Below, piece by piece: positions 8,424 to 18,007 of a DNA stretch of 64,000 nucleotides. The stretch spans positions 1,212 through 65,211 of the forward strand of contig CAZQFB010000001.1 in assembly GCA_964592525.1 (NCBI GenBank), in the 5' to 3' direction. The position numbers were made by a program, and so were the translations under genes. The stretch is from an uncultured Candidatus Saccharibacteria bacterium (lineage in GTDB: Bacteria; Patescibacteriota; WWE3; CAZQFB01). The notes below the pieces were generated by a model. It had not been told where the DNA came from. It did not search any database and worked only from the letters and a program-made list of their open reading frames with translations. Position 1 is the first letter of the stretch, and every line of letters starts with the position of its first letter.

Positions 8424-9667
8424 TTGATCTTAAATGGTTGAAAGAACATCCGGCAGAAGTAAAACAGATGCTCGCTTTAAGAGGGGTAGTGGTGGATATT
8501 GAACGTTTAATTGCTTTGGACAATGAGCGTTTAAAAGTACTGCAAGAAATTGAGGCAATTCGGGCGCAACGCAACGTGCTAACGCAAAATGACCGTGCAC
8601 AGGGTGTGGCGTTAAGGGCACAATTAAAAGAGTTAGAGCCAAAACTTAAAGCCTTGTCCCAAGAAGTCCTGGCGTTGCACGAAAGCATTCCAAATTTGCT
8701 GCATCCAGATGTGCCCGAAGGTACGAGTGAGGCAGATAATACGTTGGTACGTAATTGGTTTCCTACTGGGGAAACACCCCAGACCTTGTCATTTAAAGCT
8801 AAGAGTCATGAAGAACTAATGACTAATCTGGGTTGGTTGGATTTAGAGCGCGGGGCCAAAGTCAGCGGGAGTGGTTTTTTTTACCTAACGAGAGAAGCGG
8901 TATGGTTAGAATTAGCGTTAATCCAGTATGTGCTTAAACTGTCGCAAGCAAAGGGGTTTATCCCAGTTATCACCCCCGAATTGGTCCGGCAAGATTATAT
9001 TGAAGGCACGGGTTATTTGCCCAAGAGAGAAGAACCGGATATTTATAAACTAGATAACGAAGATTTATACCTCATTGCCACGGCCGAGATACCTTTGGCC
9101 GCTATGCATGCGGGAGAATTACTTAGCCAGGAAGAGCTACCCCTAAAGTACATTGGCTTTTCTTCTTGCTTTCGCAAAGAATCGGGTACTTACGGGAAGT
9201 ATCGTCGTGGCATATTTCGGATGCATCAGTTTGATAAGTTGGAGATGTTTGTTTTTACCACTCCTGACCAATCAATGTTAGCCTTTAAAGAAATAATTGA
9301 GTTGGCTGAAGAGATTGTGCAAGGCTTAAAAATACCTTATCAGGTGGTTAATATTTGCGCGGGGGAAATGAATGGTCCCGGTCATCTAAAATATGATCTA
9401 AATTATTATTCACCGGTTGATAACACTTATCGCGAGTTGGGAAGTGGGACTAACACTACTGATTATCAAGCACGACGCCTAAATATTAAATATCGTACTG
9501 CTCCGGGAACAACTGAATACGTGCATACTCTTAATAACACGGCTGCGGCGATGTCTCGTTTACCCATTGCCATAATTGAGAATTACCAGCAAGCAGATGG
9601 TTCGGTATTAATACCAGAAGTGTTACAAGAGTATATTGGTTATGAGGTCATAACAGGAAAAAAGTGA
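8420..9667 (+). CDS. serS: Serine--tRNA ligase
   Basis: LIATAEIPL, CFRKESG, RMHQFDKLE, TDYQARRL, HTLNNT. Confidence 0.96.
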   Translation: MIDLKWLKEHPAEVKQMLALRGVVVDIERLIALDNERLKVLQEIEAIRAQRNVLTQNDRAQGVALRAQLKELEPKLKALSQEVLALHESIPNLLHPDVPEGTSEADNTLVRNWFPTGETPQTLSFKAKSHEELMTNLGWLDLERGAKVSGSGFFYLTREAVWLELALIQYVLKLSQAKGFIPVITPELVRQDYIEGTGYLPKREEPDIYKLDNEDLYLIATAEIPLAAMHAGELLSQEELPLKYIGFSSCFRKESGTYGKYRRGIFRMHQFDKLEMFVFTTPDQSMLAFKEIIELAEEIVQGLKIPYQVVNICAGEMNGPGHLKYDLNYYSPVDNTYRELGSGTNTTDYQARRLNIKYRTAPGTTEYVHTLNNTAAAMSRLPIAIIENYQQADGSVLIPEVLQEYIGYEVITGKK

Positions 9668-10185
9668 AGATAAAACGGAAATTACCTTTAAAAGCTACCC
9701 CCAGTAAAAAATATTTATTGGTTTGGGTAGTGGCTATCTATACTGGTTCAGTGCTAGCTCAATTTGGCGGCTTTTCTGATCTATCTATGTTAGCAATCTG
9801 GGGTCTTTTATTTTCAACGGTAATTACTATCACCCATAGTTTAAAAAACCACCTTACCTCCAAAATGCAGTCTTATCATAACATACTGGTGCTTTGTATG
9901 GGTTTTACCTTTCTTTTTTCACTGCTGTATTTGGTCTTACCCCAAATGACGCAATTGTTACAGCCTTCTTTTGTTTATGCTTTATGGCATTTGGTCATGA
10001 CTATGGGGTATGCCACGATCGTCAAAATATTTAAGGATACGACGCTATTAATCTCATTATTAATTTCTTTGCTCACTCTTAGCTTATATCTGATTCCTCA
10101 ATTTATGGATCTATATCCTTTAATCTTTGGTCTTATACAAGCACCTTTGTTATTAGTGATAGGTTATATTTATTTGCATGACTGA
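9664..10185 (+). CDS. Hypothetical integral membrane protein
   Basis: About 6 hydrophobic segments; overlaps both neighbours in the operon. Confidence 0.7.
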   Translation: MKIKRKLPLKATPSKKYLLVWVVAIYTGSVLAQFGGFSDLSMLAIWGLLFSTVITITHSLKNHLTSKMQSYHNILVLCMGFTFLFSLLYLVLPQMTQLLQPSFVYALWHLVMTMGYATIVKIFKDTTLLISLLISLLTLSLYLIPQFMDLYPLIFGLIQAPLLLVIGYIYLHD

Positions 10186-10606
10186 TTGGCTGATCTTTAT
10201 TGTGGCGGAGTATTTAATTTACTTAATTGTGTTAGCGTTACCAGTTGTTATTTGGCGTGGCGAATTGAAGTTAGCTTTACGGGGTTTTTATTCTTTAGCT
10301 TCGGCTTATTTTATTGGTTCAATAATCAAATATTTTTTTCCGGTGGCGCGACCGGTAGGTGGGGTTAGTATGCTGGAAGCTCCCGGTTCTTCTTTCCCGT
10401 CTTTACATGCAGCGATGGCTACAGCGGTAGCAGTTTCAATTTTTCTCCAACACCGAAAATATGGCACGGTTCTAATTTTATTAGCAGGGATGGTGAGTGT
10501 AGCTCGAGTATTAGCTAATGTTCATTACACGCTGGATGTTTTGGTGGGGGTTTTGATTGGGGTGGTGGCAGCGTGGTTCATCCACTTAGTGCAGTTATAT
10601 ATTTAA
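10178..10606 (+). CDS. PAP2-family membrane phosphatase
   Basis: K...RP, SFPSLH, RVLANVHYTLDV motifs. Confidence 0.88.
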   Translation: MTDWLIFIVAEYLIYLIVLALPVVIWRGELKLALRGFYSLASAYFIGSIIKYFFPVARPVGGVSMLEAPGSSFPSLHAAMATAVAVSIFLQHRKYGTVLILLAGMVSVARVLANVHYTLDVLVGVLIGVVAAWFIHLVQLYI

Positions 10607-10609
10607 AAC

Positions 10610-11374
10610 ATGACCATCTTTCAGGCTATTATACTTGGTGTAATACAAGGGTTAACGGAGTTTTTACCGATTTCTTCTTCGGGGCATTTGATTTTGGTTT
10701 CTATTTTTTTGGGTTGGGAAGTTCAAAGTCTAGCTTTTGATGCAGCGCTTCATTTAGGGACCCTTGGTGCGTTGTTGCTTTATTTTTCTGCGCAGTTAAA
10801 GAACCAGTTACGCAACCCCCTTTTTTTACAGGTGATCTTAATTGGTACTTTACCAGCAGTGGGGTTGGGTTTGCTTTTGAATGATTATCTAGACACGGTG
10901 CTTCGCTCTCCTGTGGTGGTGGGAGTTAATCTAATTTTAATAGCTCTAGTTATGTGGTTTGTGCAGAAACGTGCGCAGTCAAATCGAGATCAGACAAAAC
11001 TTACCAAAATTGATGGTCTCGTCATTGGTCTTTATCAGGCGTTGGCTCTTGTGCCGGGGGTATCTCGCTCGGGTTCAACTATTATTGGTGGTTTACAGCG
11101 GGGCTTGACACTGCCCGAAGCTGCTTCTTTTGCTTTTTTGCTTGGTTTACCTGTAATTGCTGGGGCGGCTTTGTTTAAAGTGATTGCTTTATATTTGAGT
11201 GCTGGTTTGAGTAAGACTGACTTCGGCTTGATGGCGGTTGGTATTGCTAGTGCGGCGGTGGTTGGTTTGCTTACTATTAGATTGCTACTTAAGTATTTGG
11301 GTAGTCATTCTTTGAAAATCTTTATTGTCTACAGAATTATCTTGGGGATTATTGTGCTGTGGTTATTTAGCTAA
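10610..11374 (+). CDS. uppP: Undecaprenyl-diphosphate phosphatase (BacA)
   Basis: QGLTEFLPISSSGH, PGVSRSGST. Confidence 0.95.
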   Translation: MTIFQAIILGVIQGLTEFLPISSSGHLILVSIFLGWEVQSLAFDAALHLGTLGALLLYFSAQLKNQLRNPLFLQVILIGTLPAVGLGLLLNDYLDTVLRSPVVVGVNLILIALVMWFVQKRAQSNRDQTKLTKIDGLVIGLYQALALVPGVSRSGSTIIGGLQRGLTLPEAASFAFLLGLPVIAGAALFKVIALYLSAGLSKTDFGLMAVGIASAAVVGLLTIRLLLKYLGSHSLKIFIVYRIILGIIVLWLFS

Positions 11375-11419
11375 GGTGGTTACTATTAATGCTATAATCC
11401 GAACACTAATTGGACTTTA

Positions 11420-13969
11420 ATGGCTTCATTTTTAAATAAAATCATTGATCTTAATGAGCGAGAGTTAAAAAAACTCACCCCTCTGGTGGATCAAATTAAT
11501 GCTTTAGAAGCAGAAGTTGCATCTTGGTCAGAAGCGAAGTTTAAGCAGCAAACTACTTTGTTCAAAGAAGAAGTTGGTTCGGCTTCCGACTTGGCTAGCA
11601 GTTTAGATACGGTTTTACCTTTAGCTTATGCCATGGTGAGAGAAGCGGCGGGTCGCACCGTAGGCATGCGTCATTTTGATGTCCAAATTATGGCGGGGAT
11701 AGTTGGTCACCAAGGTAAAATCTTTGAGCAGAAAACTGGAGAGGGTAAGACGCTAACTTCAACTTCACCGCTGTACCTTAACTCCTTGTCTGGTAGATCG
11801 GTGCACTTGGTCACTGTTAACGATTTTTTAGCGCAACTTCATACAGGTTGGAATGGTCCAATTTATTCTTATTTAGGAGTAAGTGTGGCTGCTTTAGTGC
11901 ACGATGGTGCTGTACTATATGATCCCGATTATGTTAACGAGACAGCTAAAGATGCTAGGCTAGTACATTTAAAACCGATTACGCGGCGAGAGGCTTATGC
12001 AGCCGATATTCTTTATGGCACCAATAGCGAGTTTGGTTTTGATTACCTACGAGATAATATGGTTAAAGATTTAAGGCAGAGAGTACAGCGTGATTATTAT
12101 TTTGCTTTGATTGACGAGGTGGATTCAGTTTTGATTGACGAAGCCCGCACGCCTTTGATTATTTCCGCTCCGGCAGAGGAAGCGGTGGATAAGTATTACC
12201 AATTTGCGGAGTTAGCCTCAAAATTAACTGCTAAAACAGATTACGAAGTTGACGAGAAAAGGAAAGCTGCTAGTTTAACAGAGATAGGGGTGCGTAAGCT
12301 AGAAAGATGGTTGGGGGTAGATAATTTATACGAAAAAGATTTTGAAACCTTGCATCATATTGAAAATGCGTTAAGAGCTAATGCTGTTTTTGTTAAAGAT
12401 AAGGATTATGTTGTGCGGGAAGGGGAGCTCATCATTGTGGATGAATATACCGGTCGCTTAATGATCGGCAGGCGTTATAGTGAGGGGTTGCATCAGGCAT
12501 TGGAAGCTAAAGAAAAACTCTCCATCCAAAGGGAATCCCGGACCTTAGCCACCATTACTATCCAGAACTATTTCCGCATGTATGAAAAATTATCGGGTAT
12601 GACGGGTACAGCAAAGACAGAAGAAGAAGAATTTTTTAAGATTTACGGCTTAGAAGTAGTGGTTTTGCCAACTAATAAATCAGTTTGCCGAAAAGATTAT
12701 CATGATGTGGTTTATAAAACAGAAACTGCTAAATATCGTGCCATTGTAAATGAAATTGCGACTTGTTATGAAAAAGGACAACCAGTTTTAATTGGCACCA
12801 CCTCTATTGAGAAAAACGAACTGATGCATGGTTTGCTTAAGCGCAAAGGCGTACCCCATAAACTGCTTAATGCCAAAAACCACTTAGAAGAAGCGTCCAT
12901 TATTGCCGAAGCAGGGCGTTTGGGGGCGGTGACCGTGGCTACTAATATCGCTGGTCGTGGGGTGGATATAGAGTTAGGGGGAGCTGGTCCTAAGAAATAT
13001 GAAGGTGAGGAATGGTCCGCAGAACGCGTGGCGATGTGGCAGCAAGAACATGGTCAAGTGTTGGAACTGGGAGGTCTTCATGTCATTGGTACCGAAAGAC
13101 ATGAATCAAGACGGATTGACAATCAGCTTAGAGGTCGCAGTGGGCGACAGGGTGACCCTGGCTCAAGTCGTTTTTACGTGTCTTTGCAGGATGATTTAAT
13201 GCGTATTTTTGGCGGGGAAAAAATAGCTAGCATGATGAGTACTTTTAAAATTGACGAAAACACGCCGATTGAAGTTGGTTTGATTAGTAAAACTATTGAA
13301 TCATCGCAGAAAAAGGTAGAAGGCTTCCACTTTGATCAGCGCAAGTACTTAGTTGATTTTGATGATGTTAATAATATTCAACGGGAAATTATTTACGCCA
13401 TGAGGCAAAAAATACTTTTAGCTTTAGAAGAGACCGCTACCGTTGATGCTGCCGATTTAGATTTTAAGACTTGGATGCTAGCCAAGTTATCGGCTTACGC
13501 GCCAAATATTAACACGGTTTGGGAGGAAAAAGAAAAAGAGTTGGGGTCGGAATTGTTTTTAGCTATCGTCCAACAAATCACTCTGGATACAATAGATGTT
13601 TTGTGGATGGACACGATTGATGTGCTGTCTAACTTGCGTGAAGACGTTAGTTTGCAAGGTTATGCTCAAAGAGATCCAGTGGTTGAGTATAAAAAAGAAG
13701 CCCGCGCTTTGTTTGATCGATTAATCACTGATATTTTTACTACGGTAGCCGATCGGCTCACTAAATTAACGGCTAATGTTTCTCGGGTGGAAAGGACAGC
13801 AAAACCCTCTGGACTAACCTTTTTGCACCCTGCTAGCAATGCTAATAGTGGGGGGAAAGCTTCTCAAAAACCGGTGACGATTAGAAAAGAGGCTAAAGTA
13901 GGTCGTAATGATCCTTGTCCTTGTGGGAGTGGTAAGAAATATAAAAAATGTTGCGGTCAGAAAGATTAG
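11420..13969 (+). CDS. secA: Preprotein translocase subunit SecA
   Basis: TGEGKT, DEVDSVLIDEARTPLIIS, GRSGRQGDPG, C-terminal SEC-C motif GRNDPCPCGSGKKYKKCC. Confidence 0.98.
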   Translation: MASFLNKIIDLNERELKKLTPLVDQINALEAEVASWSEAKFKQQTTLFKEEVGSASDLASSLDTVLPLAYAMVREAAGRTVGMRHFDVQIMAGIVGHQGKIFEQKTGEGKTLTSTSPLYLNSLSGRSVHLVTVNDFLAQLHTGWNGPIYSYLGVSVAALVHDGAVLYDPDYVNETAKDARLVHLKPITRREAYAADILYGTNSEFGFDYLRDNMVKDLRQRVQRDYYFALIDEVDSVLIDEARTPLIISAPAEEAVDKYYQFAELASKLTAKTDYEVDEKRKAASLTEIGVRKLERWLGVDNLYEKDFETLHHIENALRANAVFVKDKDYVVREGELIIVDEYTGRLMIGRRYSEGLHQALEAKEKLSIQRESRTLATITIQNYFRMYEKLSGMTGTAKTEEEEFFKIYGLEVVVLPTNKSVCRKDYHDVVYKTETAKYRAIVNEIATCYEKGQPVLIGTTSIEKNELMHGLLKRKGVPHKLLNAKNHLEEASIIAEAGRLGAVTVATNIAGRGVDIELGGAGPKKYEGEEWSAERVAMWQQEHGQVLELGGLHVIGTERHESRRIDNQLRGRSGRQGDPGSSRFYVSLQDDLMRIFGGEKIASMMSTFKIDENTPIEVGLISKTIESSQKKVEGFHFDQRKYLVDFDDVNNIQREIIYAMRQKILLALEETATVDAADLDFKTWMLAKLSAYAPNINTVWEEKEKELGSELFLAIVQQITLDTIDVLWMDTIDVLSNLREDVSLQGYAQRDPVVEYKKEARALFDRLITDIFTTVADRLTKLTANVSRVERTAKPSGLTFLHPASNANSGGKASQKPVTIRKEAKVGRNDPCPCGSGKKYKKCCGQKD

Positions 13970-14083
13970 CTTGGCGCTGTTTTTTAAAAGCCAAATGATA
14001 TTAGCTACCGAAGCTATAATTAATAGCACACCTAAATTTACTTTCCATCCTTTGCTAGTGCTTTTTTTGCTAGAATTGTATAT

Positions 14084-15502
14084 ATGCGCTTTAAACTGGG
14101 GTTTTTACTTTTAACTATAGTCTTTAGTAACTTAGCAGCACCTGCTTTTTCAGTTAAAGCCGCCAGCCTTTCCCCCACGGTTAGCACAACACTATTAAAA
14201 AAGAAAAGCTCTTCTTCTTACCACCCTTTAACTGCCCACATTACCCTACACTTAACAATAACCAACGGTAAAATGGATAAGACAGTATTAGTTAAAGATT
14301 ATCTAGCTTCTACCAGATTAAGTCATGATCAAGTAGCGTCCTATTACCCTTATGGTGGTGAGAGATTGAATAGTTCGGATCTTGAAACCGATAAATTATT
14401 TACTAACCACCGCAAGCTGTCTGGAATATCTACTTATCAAATTGGGGCTAGGTTTTATTCGTCTTCTTTGGGAATCTTTGTCCAGCCGGATACTGTACAA
14501 GGAGATAAGTATGTGTACGCAGCAAATAATCCCGTTACTAACTCTGATCCTACTGGTAATATCTGTGAGGGTGTTGATGGCAGTACTTGTCGCCAAGCTA
14601 TTGCTAACTGGTTAATGTGGAATGCAGGTTTGGCTTATGGTTATGCTAGTGAGAAACCTTTGGCTGCTAAGCTGGCTCAACATTTTCTGTATGGTCACGG
14701 TAACCCTATTGATATTTCCACAGAATATGAACAAGCTCTGTTTGAAATTTATACCAGTTCTACGGGTGATTATTCCTTGCTTACTGATCAACAAAGGATG
14801 GCACGGATTAACAGCCAATTAGCTGCTGCCTTTGCACCACAACTCTGGGAAATGACCCCGGATGGTCCTGTGCAAATAAGTTCCGTTGCGGATGCTCGTT
14901 ATGATGTTGAAGTACTATATCCTCCTACAGTGACTAACTTGGCTACAGAGCAATTAGCTAATTTTAGCGAATGCCAACAGGTTAATATATCAGTGGTGGC
15001 AAGCCATCCTTCCGAGGATTTGCACTATGCGCTTAACCGACATACCGTTTCTGTACACGGTTCTCTCTATCAGGTTGCTAACAAGCAAAGTAGCGGTTTA
15101 CCTGTGTGGCAGCTTAGCATCGCTGACCCGCAAGTCTCAATTTATGATAGCTATGATTGGCATGAAGATCGGAGTGATAGTCGGGTCAGCACTTCTTTAT
15201 CTGGCATATTTGCGAAGAGAGGTTTAAACCCACCCCCATGGTTTATGCTTCTTTTTGGTGGTATCTATAATTATGAATTGGGTATGAATCACCATCAAGT
15301 TGGTTTGCTGCTTTCTAATCCTGGTGTAGGCTTAGCTAATACTTTTGATGTCAACGGTAGAATTAACGTTGGTAATGACTTGACTATTATTTTGCCGCAA
15401 GAAGCTGTTCCCCCCAGACCAACAGCGCCAGAAACAGCGCCTGGTTTGGCCTTCCCCGGTAGTGCTAACCGTTCAAACAGACCCGCTGCGCTAATATACT
15501 GA
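14084..15502 (+). CDS. Secreted protein with an RHS repeat-associated core and an uncharacterised C-terminal domain
   Basis: Signal peptide; YYPYGG...ARFYSSSLGIFVQPD...YVYAANNPVTNSDPTG. Confidence 0.8.
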   Translation: MRFKLGFLLLTIVFSNLAAPAFSVKAASLSPTVSTTLLKKKSSSSYHPLTAHITLHLTITNGKMDKTVLVKDYLASTRLSHDQVASYYPYGGERLNSSDLETDKLFTNHRKLSGISTYQIGARFYSSSLGIFVQPDTVQGDKYVYAANNPVTNSDPTGNICEGVDGSTCRQAIANWLMWNAGLAYGYASEKPLAAKLAQHFLYGHGNPIDISTEYEQALFEIYTSSTGDYSLLTDQQRMARINSQLAAAFAPQLWEMTPDGPVQISSVADARYDVEVLYPPTVTNLATEQLANFSECQQVNISVVASHPSEDLHYALNRHTVSVHGSLYQVANKQSSGLPVWQLSIADPQVSIYDSYDWHEDRSDSRVSTSLSGIFAKRGLNPPPWFMLLFGGIYNYELGMNHHQVGLLLSNPGVGLANTFDVNGRINVGNDLTIILPQEAVPPRPTAPETAPGLAFPGSANRSNRPAALIY

Positions 15503-15581
15503 TAGAGTATATTTGGTTATGAGTAGCCAAATAAACCAAACGGGTTAACCAATGTGGTTGTTTTTCATTGTGGGCTACCCT

Positions 15582-17321
15582 TTAGTAAGGGATACAGGTG
15601 TACTGCTTGCCTTCTGACCAAGGTTCGCCGCGCTCGTTATAAATCTGATTTTGATAATCAAACCATTCTTGAGATTGGGGTTCAAAGCAGATATGGATAT
15701 ACTTTTCGCCATCTTCGGTTATGAGTAACCGATTAAGTTCTTTAGTGGCAAAATCTTCTCTTACTTCACCTTCGTCTATTAAGCTGTTTACATCAACCAG
15801 TCCGTTGAGTGAATCACAGGTTAATGGGTTGCCCCTCATTAGCGGACACTGGGCTTGAGGGGGCACTTCTCCCCAAGGGTATTTTTGGAAGGTAGTGTAG
15901 TACCTTTCCAAGGCATTGATGAGTAATGTGGCATCACTTAAAAGTTGCATATCTGTTGCTTGGTCTAATTGTTCAACTGGATCAAGGAGCATTGGCGTAG
16001 CTGCTTCTGCTTCCGCTAATTGGTCTAAATATTCATTGAAGGGTTTTATGATCTCTGCTAATGGTATGTTGCTAACATCTTGAGTGCTGGCAGGTTCTAC
16101 AATATGAATAGGTTGATTGTGCTCGGATAACGTTGTTTCCAGAGAAAAGACAACTCTATCAGGCACCAGTGCTTCTTCGGCTGATACATAATAATCAGGA
16201 TATGACTGAAGGTATCTGGCTCCCAACACATTAGTGTGGTTTGGTAAAAGATAAGCTTGACCGATAGCACTAAAATCAGCTATTTCATATTCGGCCTTGA
16301 TTTTGACTGGAAATTTGGTCTCGCGATCAATACCGTACTGCAAGTCAATGGTGCTACTGCCGGGAGAACCAAAGTAGCGAAAAAGCTCATCAATATTTTG
16401 TTCTACTTGCTGCTTCGTATAACTGGAACTATAAAAATCATCTTCGTCGGTCATTAAAGCTACTAAGAATGATTTGACGGCCTCTTTTTCTAGTTTAATT
16501 AAGGTTAGATAATCGCCTTGTTCCTTTTCTGTTGCTGCTTCTAACTCAATTGCTTTGGCGGATTGTAATAACTTAGAGAGTTCATTTTTAAGTGTGGTAT
16601 GGTTTTTGTTCAAATTAGTTACTTGTTCAGCAATATCTTGATCGGTCCACTGGTTATCCATACTCCACCAAATATTTGTTAGTAAGTCGAGATTAAATAA
16701 TTTAATTTTAGGTCCTCTTTCTAAGAGGAAGTAGGTTTTATTGTTCATCACGATGATTTCACCCCCAATTACAGCAGGCGAATTAGGCACGAGCCCTTCC
16801 CCCATGCCCGGATAGAATATATCCAGACCATCTTTCCAGATTTGCTCATCATAGACATACTCCATAAATACTTTCGCTTTTGCACTGAACTCGACGTCAC
16901 TATCAGTTTCCGTTGAGACTTTCACTGGGGATTGGATTTTAATAGTTAATGAACCTAGGTTAGTACCCTTAGGGTCTTCTATTTTTAAAGATACTTCGCT
17001 AACTTCGTTAAAAGTAGTTAGCCTTTCTGTTGCTTTTAGTGAAGCTACGATCATAGTTTGCGGGGTGCGGGTGAGAGCGTTGCTGTTTAAAAGGGTGAGC
17101 AGGGGGGTTGGTAGCGACATTATTTGCGCTGGGTTTTTGCTTACTTTAGCGATAACTGCAAAAGCGCCAAGTGTTAATACCAACAGCGCGCCAAGGAATA
17201 AAAATATTAGCAGCAGGTGTTTTTTTATGCCGGTAGGGTGGGACTCGTTTGGAGCTATTAAATCATTGTCATTTGAAAGCGTAACATTAGCGGCGGTTTT
17301 GTTTCCAGCTAGGGGCAGCAT
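15582..17321 (-). CDS. Membrane-anchored hypothetical protein with a C-terminal pilin/GspG-like segment
   Basis: One N-terminal TM helix; LLSDATLLINALERYYTTFQKYP resembles the pseudopilin helix motif; terminal Cys pairs. Confidence 0.6.
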   Translation of the reverse strand: MLPLAGNKTAANVTLSNDNDLIAPNESHPTGIKKHLLLIFLFLGALLVLTLGAFAVIAKVSKNPAQIMSLPTPLLTLLNSNALTRTPQTMIVASLKATERLTTFNEVSEVSLKIEDPKGTNLGSLTIKIQSPVKVSTETDSDVEFSAKAKVFMEYVYDEQIWKDGLDIFYPGMGEGLVPNSPAVIGGEIIVMNNKTYFLLERGPKIKLFNLDLLTNIWWSMDNQWTDQDIAEQVTNLNKNHTTLKNELSKLLQSAKAIELEAATEKEQGDYLTLIKLEKEAVKSFLVALMTDEDDFYSSSYTKQQVEQNIDELFRYFGSPGSSTIDLQYGIDRETKFPVKIKAEYEIADFSAIGQAYLLPNHTNVLGARYLQSYPDYYVSAEEALVPDRVVFSLETTLSEHNQPIHIVEPASTQDVSNIPLAEIIKPFNEYLDQLAEAEAATPMLLDPVEQLDQATDMQLLSDATLLINALERYYTTFQKYPWGEVPPQAQCPLMRGNPLTCDSLNGLVDVNSLIDEGEVREDFATKELNRLLITEDGEKYIHICFEPQSQEWFDYQNQIYNERGEPWSEGKQYTCIPY

Positions 17322-17344
17322 GTCTTAATTTTAACACCAAGTTT

Positions 17345-17836
17345 CTAATTTGAGCTACTTAGGCTATATTTAGCGTGAGCCTGTAAGTAACCCCGTGCCT
17401 TTTCTGTGTAAGGATATTGGTTGACCAACTGCCAAAATTGTTTTGAGTGGTTAGGTTCAAGCAGGTGGGCTAGCTCGTGGACAATAACATAATCTAAGAC
17501 CCAAGCAGGCATATGCAATAATTGGTAACTTAAACGTATGGTTCTTCGCTTGGGGGTACAGCTGCCGTAGCGTTTGTTTTGTCTAGCTGAAAACTTAATG
17601 GTGTTTAGCAATGCTTGTCCTTGAAAATACCTCTGATTGAGGTTTTCCGCTCTAGTTCTTAAGTGATTTATTTTAGCTTCCTCGGCGGCGCGAATTTTAT
17701 TTTCCAGTAATTTTGCTTGTTGCCGTAAAACCGGTTTCGTCAGGTACGCGGGTGAATTAATAGTTAACGTGATCCCATCGTAACAAGCCGTTAAAATCTT
17801 TTTCCGTTTACGGGATTTAATAATTTTAATTTTCAT
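17345..17836 (-). CDS. YgjP/M48-like (SprT-type) zinc metalloprotein
   Basis: YGSC, DYVIVHELAHLLEPNHSKQFW. Confidence 0.88.
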   Translation of the reverse strand: MKIKIIKSRKRKKILTACYDGITLTINSPAYLTKPVLRQQAKLLENKIRAAEEAKINHLRTRAENLNQRYFQGQALLNTIKFSARQNKRYGSCTPKRRTIRLSYQLLHMPAWVLDYVIVHELAHLLEPNHSKQFWQLVNQYPYTEKARGYLQAHAKYSLSSSN

Positions 17837-18007
17837 TACGCTTTAATTGTAGTCTAAGTTTACAGTTACTGGTTAACCTTGCTAATTATATAGTGCTCGT
17901 TAATAAATGGCGCTGGCAGCTCTTGTGATTATGCCTGAAATCATCACTAATCCTTCTCATCTAAACGACCTAGCAGAACAATGGTAAAATAGCCGCAGGA
18001 ACTGCCC

